From contig JADFJB010000003.1 of NCBI GenBank assembly GCA_022566355.1, forward strand, positions 15,377 through 79,376: 64,000 nucleotides of DNA. Reading direction: 5' to 3'. The translations under genes and the position numbers were made by a program. Source of the stretch: Candidatus Zhuqueibacterota bacterium. Its GTDB lineage: Bacteria; Zhuqueibacterota; JdFR-76; DREG01. The notes under the pieces were generated by a model. The model was not told the DNA's origin. It was given only the letters and a program-made list of their open reading frames with translations, and did not search any database. Below are positions 9,389 to 18,166 of the stretch, piece by piece. Numbering within the stretch: the stretch's first letter is position 1; every line of letters begins with the position of its first letter.

Positions 9389-11299
9389 TTACAGTTCTCC
9401 AAAAAAATTTCTCAGGATATATTCAAAATTACTTGCAGCGCCGGCGTAGTTCTGTCCATAGATTCGGCCGGCGATGTATACAAAATTACTTTTCGTTTCA
9501 TCAGTACCGGGTGTGGGCAGCGTAACTTCACTCCTGCTGGTATATACCAGGTTCGGATGTGCCCAGACACTTAAACCGCGCACAAAACTGAATGGTGAGG
9601 TACCACCCTCTTCCATGGTCGTAGCGCTGCTGCGATGAGCAAATAACATAGTATGAGTAAATGAAGACTTGGTGTAGCTGGACATACCGTCCCAATCGGT
9701 TACGGTGCCATCGTCACTGGAATTCAAGAATCCACCGCCCCCAGAGAATACTGCGGTTGCACTCATACTGCGTGTAAAAGGTGTCATCTCAACGAGTCCA
9801 GGAAAAACCGGAATATATTCTCTTATTCTTACCCTGCCGGAGGTAAACCCCTCCCGTCCGGAAATATTGGCATAAGAAATTAAGGCACTATCGAAAAAGT
9901 TGTCACCGTTTCGGGTTGCAAGGAGCACATTTCCTCCAGCTTGTAGATAAGCTAAAATGGGCGTTCCCTGCCAATCTGCCAGATCACCCTGAAAATTGTT
10001 ACCCAGCCAGACCACAGACGAGTATTTTGCCAGAACATCCGGAGATATTGGACCCGATCCAATTGATGCAGGGACTGTAGTGGGAACATGTTGTCCCGGG
10101 AAGAGATCCCAGAAAGCTCCAACGGTAAGCTCTCCAAAATAAGCCTTTGCTGCATAACCATCATGGGGGAGGGGATCATAGCTACCCCAGGTGATGCCGT
10201 TAACAAGAAGGAAACCCTCGTCGAATGTTGGTAAAGCTACACTGATTTTGTTTGATTGTATGACGACAGCCCCACCCGCATCTCGCAATGCCAGGAAGAC
10301 AGTATGTTCGCCTGCCGGCATATCGATGCTGGCAGAAACCGGATCGCTATAGGATAACCATTCAGTGCCGGAAAATGCGTACGATCCATCGGCGTTTAAG
10401 GTTTCATCGTTTAAAGAGTAGGAGTAGTTAGAAACAGCGCCGGTATAATAGGCTGTTTCTCCACGCCAGGTAAAAACTGCAGCTGCTCCCGCGAACCAGC
10501 CACCTCCATCCGTTGGACCAGTGGATTGTTGTAATATCGGAGAAAACCCACTGCCAACAAAAAAGCTTCGAGTGTCTGGTGTCTCATCTCGAGCGCCATA
10601 ATTATCGATGGATTGCACGGCAAATACATGATTGCCTTCCGCAAACACATTGCCCAGGACAACGCTAAATTCTACACTGGCTTTGCCATCTGAGTCAGCC
10701 GCGATAATTGTCTCGGCTCCGCCATCGACGGTATAGGCAAATTCTATTACTTGGCCATTTTCGTCAGACCCGGATATTCCAAAAGTCACACCTCCACCTG
10801 TAGTGGCTCCATTCGCAGGGCCTGACACAATCGAGGTAATAGGCGATTTATTTGCCAGAATCTCAGCAAGGCTCAACTTGGCAACCGCTGGTGTAGGATC
10901 TTCCGCACCCTCGTTGTCTTTGGATTTGACTTCCACAGTGTGTTCATCTGTTGCTGAAGTGAATGTAATCGTTCCTGAAAAAAACTGTTTGACTGTCCAG
11001 TTGGAATAATCCCCGCCATCTAAGCGAACAGCAAAACTGTCCACTGACCCATCCAGATCGGTACCAGTATATTCTACCGTAAAAGAAAAATCTCCTAAAT
11101 TAGTCACAACCCCAAGGGTATCTGTTTCCAGATCCACTTTTTTCAATATTTTTGACGTGATCGATGTTTCCGGAGCTTGATTTACTCCTTTCGCATCAAA
11201 CTTTGTCGGTCCGTCACCACAGCTCCAAAGAAACAATAAACTTATAACCAGGAGCAATGGGAAAGCCTTCTTACCATCATGTAAGATTTCTTTAAGCAT
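9389..11299 (-). CDS. large surface lipoprotein (hypothetical, possibly substrate-binding component of the locus)
   Basis: Lipobox LLFLWSC. 636 aa. First gene of the minus-strand operon, preceded by a long AT-rich promoter region. Confidence 0.6.
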   Translation of the reverse strand: MLKEILHDGKKAFPLLLVISLLFLWSCGDGPTKFDAKGVNQAPETSITSKILKKVDLETDTLGVVTNLGDFSFTVEYTGTDLDGSVDSFAVRLDGGDYSNWTVKQFFSGTITFTSATDEHTVEVKSKDNEGAEDPTPAVAKLSLAEILANKSPITSIVSGPANGATTGGGVTFGISGSDENGQVIEFAYTVDGGAETIIAADSDGKASVEFSVVLGNVFAEGNHVFAVQSIDNYGARDETPDTRSFFVGSGFSPILQQSTGPTDGGGWFAGAAAVFTWRGETAYYTGAVSNYSYSLNDETLNADGSYAFSGTEWLSYSDPVSASIDMPAGEHTVFLALRDAGGAVVIQSNKISVALPTFDEGFLLVNGITWGSYDPLPHDGYAAKAYFGELTVGAFWDLFPGQHVPTTVPASIGSGPISPDVLAKYSSVVWLGNNFQGDLADWQGTPILAYLQAGGNVLLATRNGDNFFDSALISYANISGREGFTSGRVRIREYIPVFPGLVEMTPFTRSMSATAVFSGGGGFLNSSDDGTVTDWDGMSSYTKSSFTHTMLFAHRSSATTMEEGGTSPFSFVRGLSVWAHPNLVYTSRSEVTLPTPGTDETKSNFVYIAGRIYGQNYAGAASNFEYILRNFFGEL

Positions 11300-11608
11300 C
11301 TGCAGCCCTCCTCAAGGTTAGAGAATAATAAATATTATAGTTAATTATAATAATGTACTTTTAGAAATTGTATTTTACTAAGTAGAAATCCGAAAAAATC
11401 AGCTACAAGAACAACCAATACATAAAACTAATAATACTTGGGCAGAGTACGTTTCTGTTGTTAGGAAAGGAAACATTGAAATACGACTTGAATATTTTGA
11501 AGAATGATAATTGATTCACAGGATTTGTAGCAATTTTTTTGAATGACCACCTCCGAACTTTATTTCAATTATTAACTTATTGTAGTTATTGTAGAAAATT
11601 AAAACATG

Positions 11609-11621
11609 ATTGTCAAGAAAA
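11609..11621. promoter_or_regulatory. 13-bp motif ATTGTCAAGAAAA upstream of the XRE-cupin regulator gene; identical copy at 13347..13359
   Basis: Exact 13-mer found in both intergenic regions flanking the regulator gene. Candidate operator or promoter element. Confidence 0.3.
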
Positions 11622-11727
11622 AAATTTCAATTATCAAATTTTTTTATTAATATATCTAACAAAGCACATCATATCTTACAATATGCAACCTTAAATCCAT
11701 ATTTGCACTGAGGTGAATTTGATTACG

Positions 11728-11775
11728 GTTCTGTGTTTAGTAATGTTCCAAGTTCTGTGTTTAGTAATGTTCCAA
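11728..11775. repeat. perfect tandem direct repeat, 2 x 24 bp (GTTCTGTGTTTAGTAATGTTCCAA)
   Basis: Read directly from the sequence. Lies about 130 bp upstream of the regulator start codon. Confidence 0.8.
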
Positions 11776-11906
11776 AAATTTATGATCTACAGAAAATATT
11801 TGTTTCTTCATTGCATTCTCGTTCAAGAAATATTACAATAAGGGTCTTAAAAATTTGGCTCATTTGTTCGTATACCTCGAAAAATGTTAAATCCGGAAAA
11901 GGTGTC

Positions 11907-12461
11907 ATGACAAATTTAAATATAGGTGTTAGAGTAAAAAAGTTACGATCTGGAAAAAAATTAACATTACGACAGCTCTCTGGTCTTTCCGGTGTTTCTG
12001 CAACACAGATTTCTGAAATTGAACGCAACCTTACGGCTCCGACTGTCCCGACCCTTATGAAAATTGTATCAGCATTAGATACGGAGGCTAGTATATTTTT
12101 TGAAAAGAAAGATAATAAAACGATTTCGCTGGTTCGAAAAAATGACCGCCAGCAGTTAATAGACCGGAAGAATAACGTCTTTATTGAAAATATTACGACA
12201 GGGATAACCGATTCGAAAATAAAAGCGATCATCGCACATCCTCCTCCGGGCGCTGAAAATATTCCGGGTGGTTATCAGCATCCTGGAGAAGAGTTGATTT
12301 ATGTAATCAAAGGAAAAATTGAAGTTCAATTAAATGACACAAGTTACACTCTCGAAGAAGGCGATAGTATTCATTTTCGGGGAGAAATCAGGCATATCAT
12401 AAGAAATCCGACTAATCAGGATGTTGAAGTGCTTGCCATAATATCACCGCCAAATTATTAG
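11907..12461 (+). CDS. XRE-family HTH transcriptional regulator with C-terminal cupin domain
   Basis: HTH segment LRSGKKLTLRQLSGLSGVSATQISEIERN followed by cupin_2-like GYQHPGEELIYVIKGKIEV...GDSIHFRGEIRHII. The track ORF starts at 11733, but the Met at 11907 (MTNLNIG) is a more plausible start. Confidence 0.8.
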   Translation: MTNLNIGVRVKKLRSGKKLTLRQLSGLSGVSATQISEIERNLTAPTVPTLMKIVSALDTEASIFFEKKDNKTISLVRKNDRQQLIDRKNNVFIENITTGITDSKIKAIIAHPPPGAENIPGGYQHPGEELIYVIKGKIEVQLNDTSYTLEEGDSIHFRGEIRHIIRNPTNQDVEVLAIISPPNY

Positions 12462-12678
12462 AGGCCAGGCTTCAGATAAACAATTATTGGAAAACTGCTC
12501 GATCCGTTTGATTCTAACTAAGTAGTTAACTTGCTTTATTCATGAATTGCTTGTATAAGCAAAGTTTTCAAAAATTGCGATCATGAAGTAAAGTATCCAG
12601 GCTATCCGAGAACCGGGTTTTATTGCTTCTGAATGCTTAAAGCAGGAGTTCACTCTGTGGTTGATAACGTAAAAATAT

Positions 12679-12742
12679 CCCCGATAAAAGTATTCGGGGA
12701 TGACATATTGGTAGTTCTCAGATAGCCTGCTAAAAGCGTAGG
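12679..12742 (-). repeat. two REP-like hairpin units (family GTCAYYCCCGMATGCTTTTAGCGGG), inverted orientation
   Basis: Reverse complement reads gtcatccccgaatacttttatcgggg and cctacgcttttagcagg. Same family as the units at 17577-17720 and 18815-18905. Confidence 0.5.
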
Positions 12743-12760
12743 ATTTGCGAATAATCCAGG

Positions 12761-12824
12761 TTAATTAAGATTTCTCGTCGTAAACTCCGTTCGACTACGC
12801 TCACGACGCTGCCTCGAAATGACA
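12761..12824 (-). mobile_element. partial MITE-like element: TTAATTAA terminus plus about 55-bp core shared (inverted) with 52820..52885
   Basis: Core atttctcgtcgtaaactccgttcgactacgctcacgacgctgcctcgaaatgaca is the reverse complement of 52829-52885, with 3 mismatches. Confidence 0.5.
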
Positions 12825-13346
12825 ATTGAGTTGATTATTATCACTAATTCATCACTGGGATAATAGAACTTCAAGTGAAAATAAACTTTCATCTAGATTC
12901 GAGCTTTTCGCTGCAACACTAATCAAAGTTGGAGAAGAAATATTAGTCAGATCAATATTCGTTTTGCTGCCTGCATCCAAAAGGCTATCGTACATGGGGT
13001 ACTTGTTGAACGGATGGCAAGGAGATAAGTGATCCCATCTCCACTACCACCTACAGCATTCCAGGTACTATGATAATTGCCATCATCTTGCTTTTTGGGC
13101 TGACAAACCTGTATGAGAGGGGGAGCGCCCGCCAGACTAGCCAAATAGGCAGTATTAACCTGAACGACCTGCGAAAATAGTTAAAATTCATAAATTCGAT
13201 TAAATCATTGGTGTTGATGGATTCTTGTCACAACCTAATATTGAAAAAGCTATAATGAAAATTAACTGGCGAGGAAAATTAAATTGTCCCATTTTGTCTC
13301 TCATTTTCAAAAATTATAAAATTAGTAATGTAGAATCTTAAGAAGA

Positions 13347-13359
13347 ATTGTCAAGAAAA
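13347..13359. promoter_or_regulatory. second copy of the ATTGTCAAGAAAA motif, about 140 bp upstream of the permease gene
   Basis: Exact match to 11609..11621. Confidence 0.3.
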
Positions 13360-13497
13360 TATATCGAGTTGAGCTTAGTAAAGTTGCATGGCTTGACTTT
13401 CCAAAAAAAAACACCTACCTTGTCCAAAATCTAAAATAATCTATTTATAATTACTCCAAGTCTTAATAAAAATCCAGAAGGAACTCATAAATATAAA

Positions 13498-14844
13498 ATG
13501 GAACGTGGCGAAAGTGCTTCTTTGAAAAAAGCGATTGGTTTACCCCATGCTACTGCAATGGTTGTGGGAACGATTATAGGAGCATCTATTTTCGTTCAGC
13601 CATCGGAGATAACCACTCTGGTTCCTTCGCTACTTGGAATTTTCCTGGTTTGGATTATTTCAGGGGTGCTCACAATGTTTGGCGCTTTGGTGTGCGCCGA
13701 ATTAGCTTCCATCTTTAGCCGTAGTGGGGGTGTCTATATTTATTTAAAAGAAGCATTTTCACCTGCTCTTGGATTTTTGTGGGGCTGGGCAATGTTTTGG
13801 GTAATGCATTCCGGAATTATCGCAGTTATCGCCGTAGTTTTCGCACGCTATGTTGCTTATTTCATACCTTTGGATCCCCTAGCCATTAAAGCGGTAGCGA
13901 TAATAGTTATTATTGCTCTTTCTTTCATCAATTATATTGGTGTGAAACATGGTAGTATGCTGCAGACACTTTTTACTTTCGGGAAATTGGTTGCGATTCT
14001 TGCAATTATTATTTTGGGTTTTTCACTTGGGTCAGGTTTGACGACAAATTATCAAACAGAAGAAATGCTAACTTTTTCGGTGGGATTTGGCGATTTCGGT
14101 TTGGCATTGGTAGCCGGTCTTTTTGCTTTTGGTGGGTGGCACATGGTATCCTATAATGCTGGAGAAACCATTCAACCGCGAAAAACAATTCCACGGGCAT
14201 TAATACTAGGGACAGCCATTGTAATCTTTTGTTATATCGCTTTAAATGCAGTGTACATGTATGTCCTTCCATTAGAGGTTGTGGCTTCCTCCACGCGGGT
14301 GGCAGCCGATGCTGCGGATGCCGTTATCGGAAGTGGTGGTGGTGCAGTCATGTCGGGATTGGTTGTTTTTTCAACATTTGGTGCGCTAAGCGGAATTATT
14401 TTAGCAGGACCCCGTGTCTATTACGCAATGGCCCGGGATGGTCTGGTTTTTAAGTGGATGGGAGAAATCCATCCCAAATATCGAACGCCGCATCGATCTA
14501 TTCTCATTCAAGCCATCTGGTCATCAATACTGGTTAGTACCGGAACCTATCGAGTTCTTTTCACCAGGGTGATCTATACAGAGTGGATATTTTTCGGTCT
14601 TATGGCGATCGGTTTATTTGTCTTGCGAAAAAGATCAGATCTAAAAAGAGATTATTCAGTATGGGGATATCCCGTTGTTCCGGTGATATTTATTCTATCG
14701 GCATTTGCAATTGTTGCGAATCAAATTTATTCGGATTTAACCGAGTGTTTATTCGGTTTGTCGCTCGTTTTGATTGGCTTACCTGTTTATCATTTTTGGG
14801 CGAAGACCGGAATGACAAAGGAGGAGAACCATGAAAGTAATTGA
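13498..14844 (+). CDS. APC-family amino acid permease
   Basis: 448 aa, about 12 TM segments, typical APC N-terminal motif (GTIIGASIF). Overlaps the next gene by 14 bp, suggesting translational coupling. Confidence 0.9.
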   Translation: MERGESASLKKAIGLPHATAMVVGTIIGASIFVQPSEITTLVPSLLGIFLVWIISGVLTMFGALVCAELASIFSRSGGVYIYLKEAFSPALGFLWGWAMFWVMHSGIIAVIAVVFARYVAYFIPLDPLAIKAVAIIVIIALSFINYIGVKHGSMLQTLFTFGKLVAILAIIILGFSLGSGLTTNYQTEEMLTFSVGFGDFGLALVAGLFAFGGWHMVSYNAGETIQPRKTIPRALILGTAIVIFCYIALNAVYMYVLPLEVVASSTRVAADAADAVIGSGGGAVMSGLVVFSTFGALSGIILAGPRVYYAMARDGLVFKWMGEIHPKYRTPHRSILIQAIWSSILVSTGTYRVLFTRVIYTEWIFFGLMAIGLFVLRKRSDLKRDYSVWGYPVVPVIFILSAFAIVANQIYSDLTECLFGLSLVLIGLPVYHFWAKTGMTKEENHESN

Positions 14845-15811
14845 CTTCCATAATCACTATTATCCCCCGGAATACCTGCGAGCTTTACAAGAGGGTTCAA
14901 GTACCATCAAAGTCACATTCGATTCCGAGAATAACCCATTGCTCCATTATCCGGGTGACTACAATGTGGTTGTTCCAGGGCATAGAGACATTGCATTTAG
15001 AGAGACTGTCCTTGAAAAAGAGAAAATTGATAAACAAGTATTAACCTTTACCTCACCGGGAACCCACATTGAAAAAAACGATTTCTCTATTGAACTGGCC
15101 ATGTTGGTAAACAATATGTTAGCCAGAATTAAAGATGAAAAATCTCACTGTTTCACCGCGCTAGCTACACTGCCATTAAATAATCCACAAGCTTCGGTAA
15201 AAGAATTCGAGAGAGCAACCAAAGAACTTGGTTTCGCGGGTTGTATGTTGTTTAGCAACGTAAACGGGACTGCTTTAAGTGATGACCGCTATTGGCCTTT
15301 GTATGAAAGTGCGAATGAAGCAAAAACAGTATTCTATATTCATCCAATACATCCTGTGGGTGTAGAGGCAATGTTGGATTATTGGCTTATGCCATTAATT
15401 GGCTTTACTTTTGATACGACTTTAGCTGCCGCGAAATTAGTGTTCAGCGGTGTTATTGAACGATTCCCCGAAATTCGCTGGGTGTTGGCGCATTTAGGCG
15501 GTGCAATTCCATATCTTGCAGAAAGACTCGACCGTGGTTTTTATGCATTTAAAGAGTGCCGGCAGAATATCAGCAAACCACCTAGTGAGTACTTGAAAAA
15601 TTTTTATTTTGATACCGTTAATTTTGACACCAAAGCCTTGCAACTTGCGATCGATTTTGCCGGAACGGATCATATATTGGCAGGCAGTGATTACCCCCAT
15701 AAAATAGGAAGCCTGGAACAAATGCTTCAAAGTATTAACGATTTGAAGATTTCATCTAAAGCCAAAGAGGATATTTTATGGAACAATACAGAGAGACTCC
15801 TGGGCTTATAA
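14831..15811 (+). CDS. amidohydrolase_2 family metal-dependent hydrolase/decarboxylase (ACMSD-like)
   Basis: MKVIDFHNHYYPPEY (HxH metal motif) near the N-terminus and AGSDYPH near the C-terminus. 326 aa. Confidence 0.85.
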   Translation: MKVIDFHNHYYPPEYLRALQEGSSTIKVTFDSENNPLLHYPGDYNVVVPGHRDIAFRETVLEKEKIDKQVLTFTSPGTHIEKNDFSIELAMLVNNMLARIKDEKSHCFTALATLPLNNPQASVKEFERATKELGFAGCMLFSNVNGTALSDDRYWPLYESANEAKTVFYIHPIHPVGVEAMLDYWLMPLIGFTFDTTLAAAKLVFSGVIERFPEIRWVLAHLGGAIPYLAERLDRGFYAFKECRQNISKPPSEYLKNFYFDTVNFDTKALQLAIDFAGTDHILAGSDYPHKIGSLEQMLQSINDLKISSKAKEDILWNNTERLLGL

Positions 15812-15840
15812 AACTGTAGAAAGTCATCAGCAAATAAATT

Positions 15841-17508
15841 ATGACCGAAAGTAAATTTAACATACTTTACATCGATACTTCACAAACAGATCTGGAACTG
15901 TTTAAAGCACAATTCGAAAACGATTACAATATCACCACTGTGGATGATCCTGATGAAGCTAGGGAAATCTTAAAACTGACTGATATTCAACTGATGATTT
16001 CCGAACAGGAGTTACCGAGTACAACCGGGATTGAGTTTTTCGAAAGTTTAAATAATTCTAATCCGGATTTAATCAAAGTGATTTTGACCCATTTCAGAAA
16101 TGCCGATCAAGTAATAACTGCGTTAAATACCTACCAGGTTCACAAATTCATCATAAAACCATACGATAAATTTGCAATAGAAGAGATTATCGATGATGCG
16201 TTACAAATCTATCTAAAAAAACAGAAAAATAGAAAAACCTTACTCGAACTTCGACATTTGTTGGATGAAATGAACCTGGTTTACGAGGTCTCGCTTAAAA
16301 TTTCAGAGAAAAAGCCTCTGGGTAAGTTACTTACAGAAATTATGGAGAGCTGTAAAACTGTAATGAACGCCGAAGCCAGTTCTCTATTACTGTATGATCC
16401 TGAAGATGAGCAGTTGCATTTCCAGGTTGCAACCGGATCGAAAGGAATGCTGGTTAAAAAATACAGTGTATCAATGGGAGAGGGGATCGCCGGGTGGGTG
16501 GCAAAAAACCAGGAATCGCAATTGATCGAAGATTGCTATCAAGATCCCAGGTTTAATCGCGAATTTGATCTAAAAAGCGATTTCCATACACGTTCAATGA
16601 TTTGCGTCCCGTTGGTTAGAAAAGAGAAATTACTCGGGGTCATTCAGGTGATCAATAAAATAGATGGCAAAGTATTTACAGAATCTGATTTACGCATCTT
16701 CTCGACTCTTGCATCTCAGTGTGCAATTTCAATAGAAAATGCGCAATTGATCGAATCGCAGATAGAAGCAGAGGCATTAGAGCGTGAATTACAAACCGCA
16801 AGGGAAATACAAAACCAATTACTGCCATCATCACTTCCGGAATTTGATGATTTGGATATAGCAACTCGATTAATACCGGCTCGATTAATAGGCGGTGATT
16901 ATTACAATGTAATAAAAATCAATGACCATCAAAGTTTGCTTTTCATTTCTGATGTTAGTGGAAAAGGGATTCCTGCAGCTCTTATCGTTTCTACAATATA
17001 TTCATGCCTTGAAACCTATCTCGATCTACGAAAAGAAGAATTTGATCTCCTTTCTTTAGTAACAAGTTTGAATAAAGCATTGATCAGTTCAACGCCTCTT
17101 GATAAATATGCAACCTGCTGGTTTGGTTTATATGATCATACCAAGAAGAAATTGATCAGTTTAAATGCCGGTCATAATCCACCCTATATTTTTCATAAAA
17201 AGGATAAGAAACCAATAGAATTAAACACGGGCGGTATTATTTTAGGAATTATGGAGTTCCTTTTTGAAACAGAAGAAATCGATATGCAACTGCACGATGT
17301 ATTGGTATTTTTCACGGATGGTGTCACAGAAGCGCTGAACAAACAAGATGAAGAATATGGTGAGGCTCGTTTGATTGATGTGGTTAATAGAAATCAACAT
17401 AAACCAGCAACTGAGATTATAAATGAAATCGAGGAAGATGTAAAGAAACATGTCTCTGGCGCCCCGCAAAGTGATGATTTTACTTGCGTGGTGGCGAAGA
17501 TATTATAG
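15841..17508 (+). CDS. response-regulator receiver - GAF - PP2C (SpoIIE/RsbU-like) serine phosphatase
   Basis: N-terminal REC-like fold with Glu where the phospho-Asp is expected (LMISEQELPSTTG). Central GAF domain. C-terminal PP2C motifs (GDYYNV...FISDVSGKG...FTDGVTEA). Confidence 0.85.
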   Translation: MTESKFNILYIDTSQTDLELFKAQFENDYNITTVDDPDEAREILKLTDIQLMISEQELPSTTGIEFFESLNNSNPDLIKVILTHFRNADQVITALNTYQVHKFIIKPYDKFAIEEIIDDALQIYLKKQKNRKTLLELRHLLDEMNLVYEVSLKISEKKPLGKLLTEIMESCKTVMNAEASSLLLYDPEDEQLHFQVATGSKGMLVKKYSVSMGEGIAGWVAKNQESQLIEDCYQDPRFNREFDLKSDFHTRSMICVPLVRKEKLLGVIQVINKIDGKVFTESDLRIFSTLASQCAISIENAQLIESQIEAEALERELQTAREIQNQLLPSSLPEFDDLDIATRLIPARLIGGDYYNVIKINDHQSLLFISDVSGKGIPAALIVSTIYSCLETYLDLRKEEFDLLSLVTSLNKALISSTPLDKYATCWFGLYDHTKKKLISLNAGHNPPYIFHKKDKKPIELNTGGIILGIMEFLFETEEIDMQLHDVLVFFTDGVTEALNKQDEEYGEARLIDVVNRNQHKPATEIINEIEEDVKKHVSGAPQSDDFTCVVAKIL

Positions 17509-17576
17509 ATTTCTATAAATATTTTATTATTAACCTGGATAATTCATGAACCATGTTTTTAAGCTTAACATCCAAT

Positions 17577-17720
17577 GTCATCCCGTCGTACAGGATGCTG
17601 CAGAGTGTCGTTCCCGAATGCTTTCAGGGTGCCCGCGTACTACCCAAAATGTCATCCTCTAATGTTTTCAGCCTGTCCGAGAACTCCAAAAATGTCACGC
17701 CCGAGTGCTTTTATCGGGGG
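17577..17720 (+). repeat. array of about 4 contiguous REP-like hairpin units (about 25-45 bp each)
   Basis: Units gtcatcccgtcgtacaggatg, gtcgttcccgaatgctttcaggg, gtcatcctctaatgttttcagcc and gtcacgcccgagtgcttttatcggggg. Each can form a 5-7 bp stem around an ATGCTTTTA-like loop. The track ORF 17553..17750 lies inside this array and is judged spurious. Confidence 0.6.
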
Positions 17721-17792
17721 TCTATGAGCCTGTCTTGCATATGCGAGTAAAATATTGCATGCTGAAAAAGTATATCCTGTAGAGAATTAGTG

Positions 17793-18156
17793 ATGAAGAT
17801 CTTAGCAAACGAAAATATTCCTGGCGGGGTAGTTCATGAGCTCCGATCAGTAGGATACGATGTTGCCTGGATAAGAGATAGCACCAGGTATTACAGATGC
17901 TGAAGTTTTAGATATTGCAGTAAATGAAAATCGTATTTTGATTACTTTTGATAAAGATTTTGGCGAATTAGTTTTTAATAAAAAATTAAAAGCTTCACCA
18001 AGTATTATTTTATTTCGAATTATTCCCTCATCACCGTCTAAAATTGCACAAACTGCAGTTTCTATCTTAAAAAGTCGAACTGATTGGGGTGGACATTTTT
18101 CTGTTATAGAAGAAAACCGCATAAGAATGACAAAATTACCAATGAATAAACTTTGA
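17793..18156 (+). CDS. DUF5615 (PIN-like, Mut7-C-like) domain protein, disrupted by a 1-nt frameshift at the CC dinucleotide 17884-17885
   Basis: N-terminal MKILANENIPGGVVHELRSVGYDVAWIRDS in one frame. Continuation ...ITDAEVLDIAVNENRILITFDKDFGELVF... in the +1 frame (track ORF 17938..18156). Deleting one C restores a contiguous protein of about 120 aa. Confidence 0.7.
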
Positions 18157-18166
18157 TCTATTAAAA

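Noticed and set aside
12947-13144. 65-aa minus-strand ORF in the regulator-permease spacer
   Set aside because: It has no RBS or context, lies amid repeat debris, and shows atypical composition. It is most likely non-coding.
17577-17720. Possible CRISPR array, from regular short repeats with hairpin potential
   Set aside because: The units are contiguous or separated by irregular short gaps, and vary in sequence. There are no uniform unique spacers and no cas genes in the window.
17553-17750. 65-aa ORF from the six-frame track
   Set aside because: It lies entirely within the REP-like hairpin array and has no start context, so it is an artefact of the repeats.
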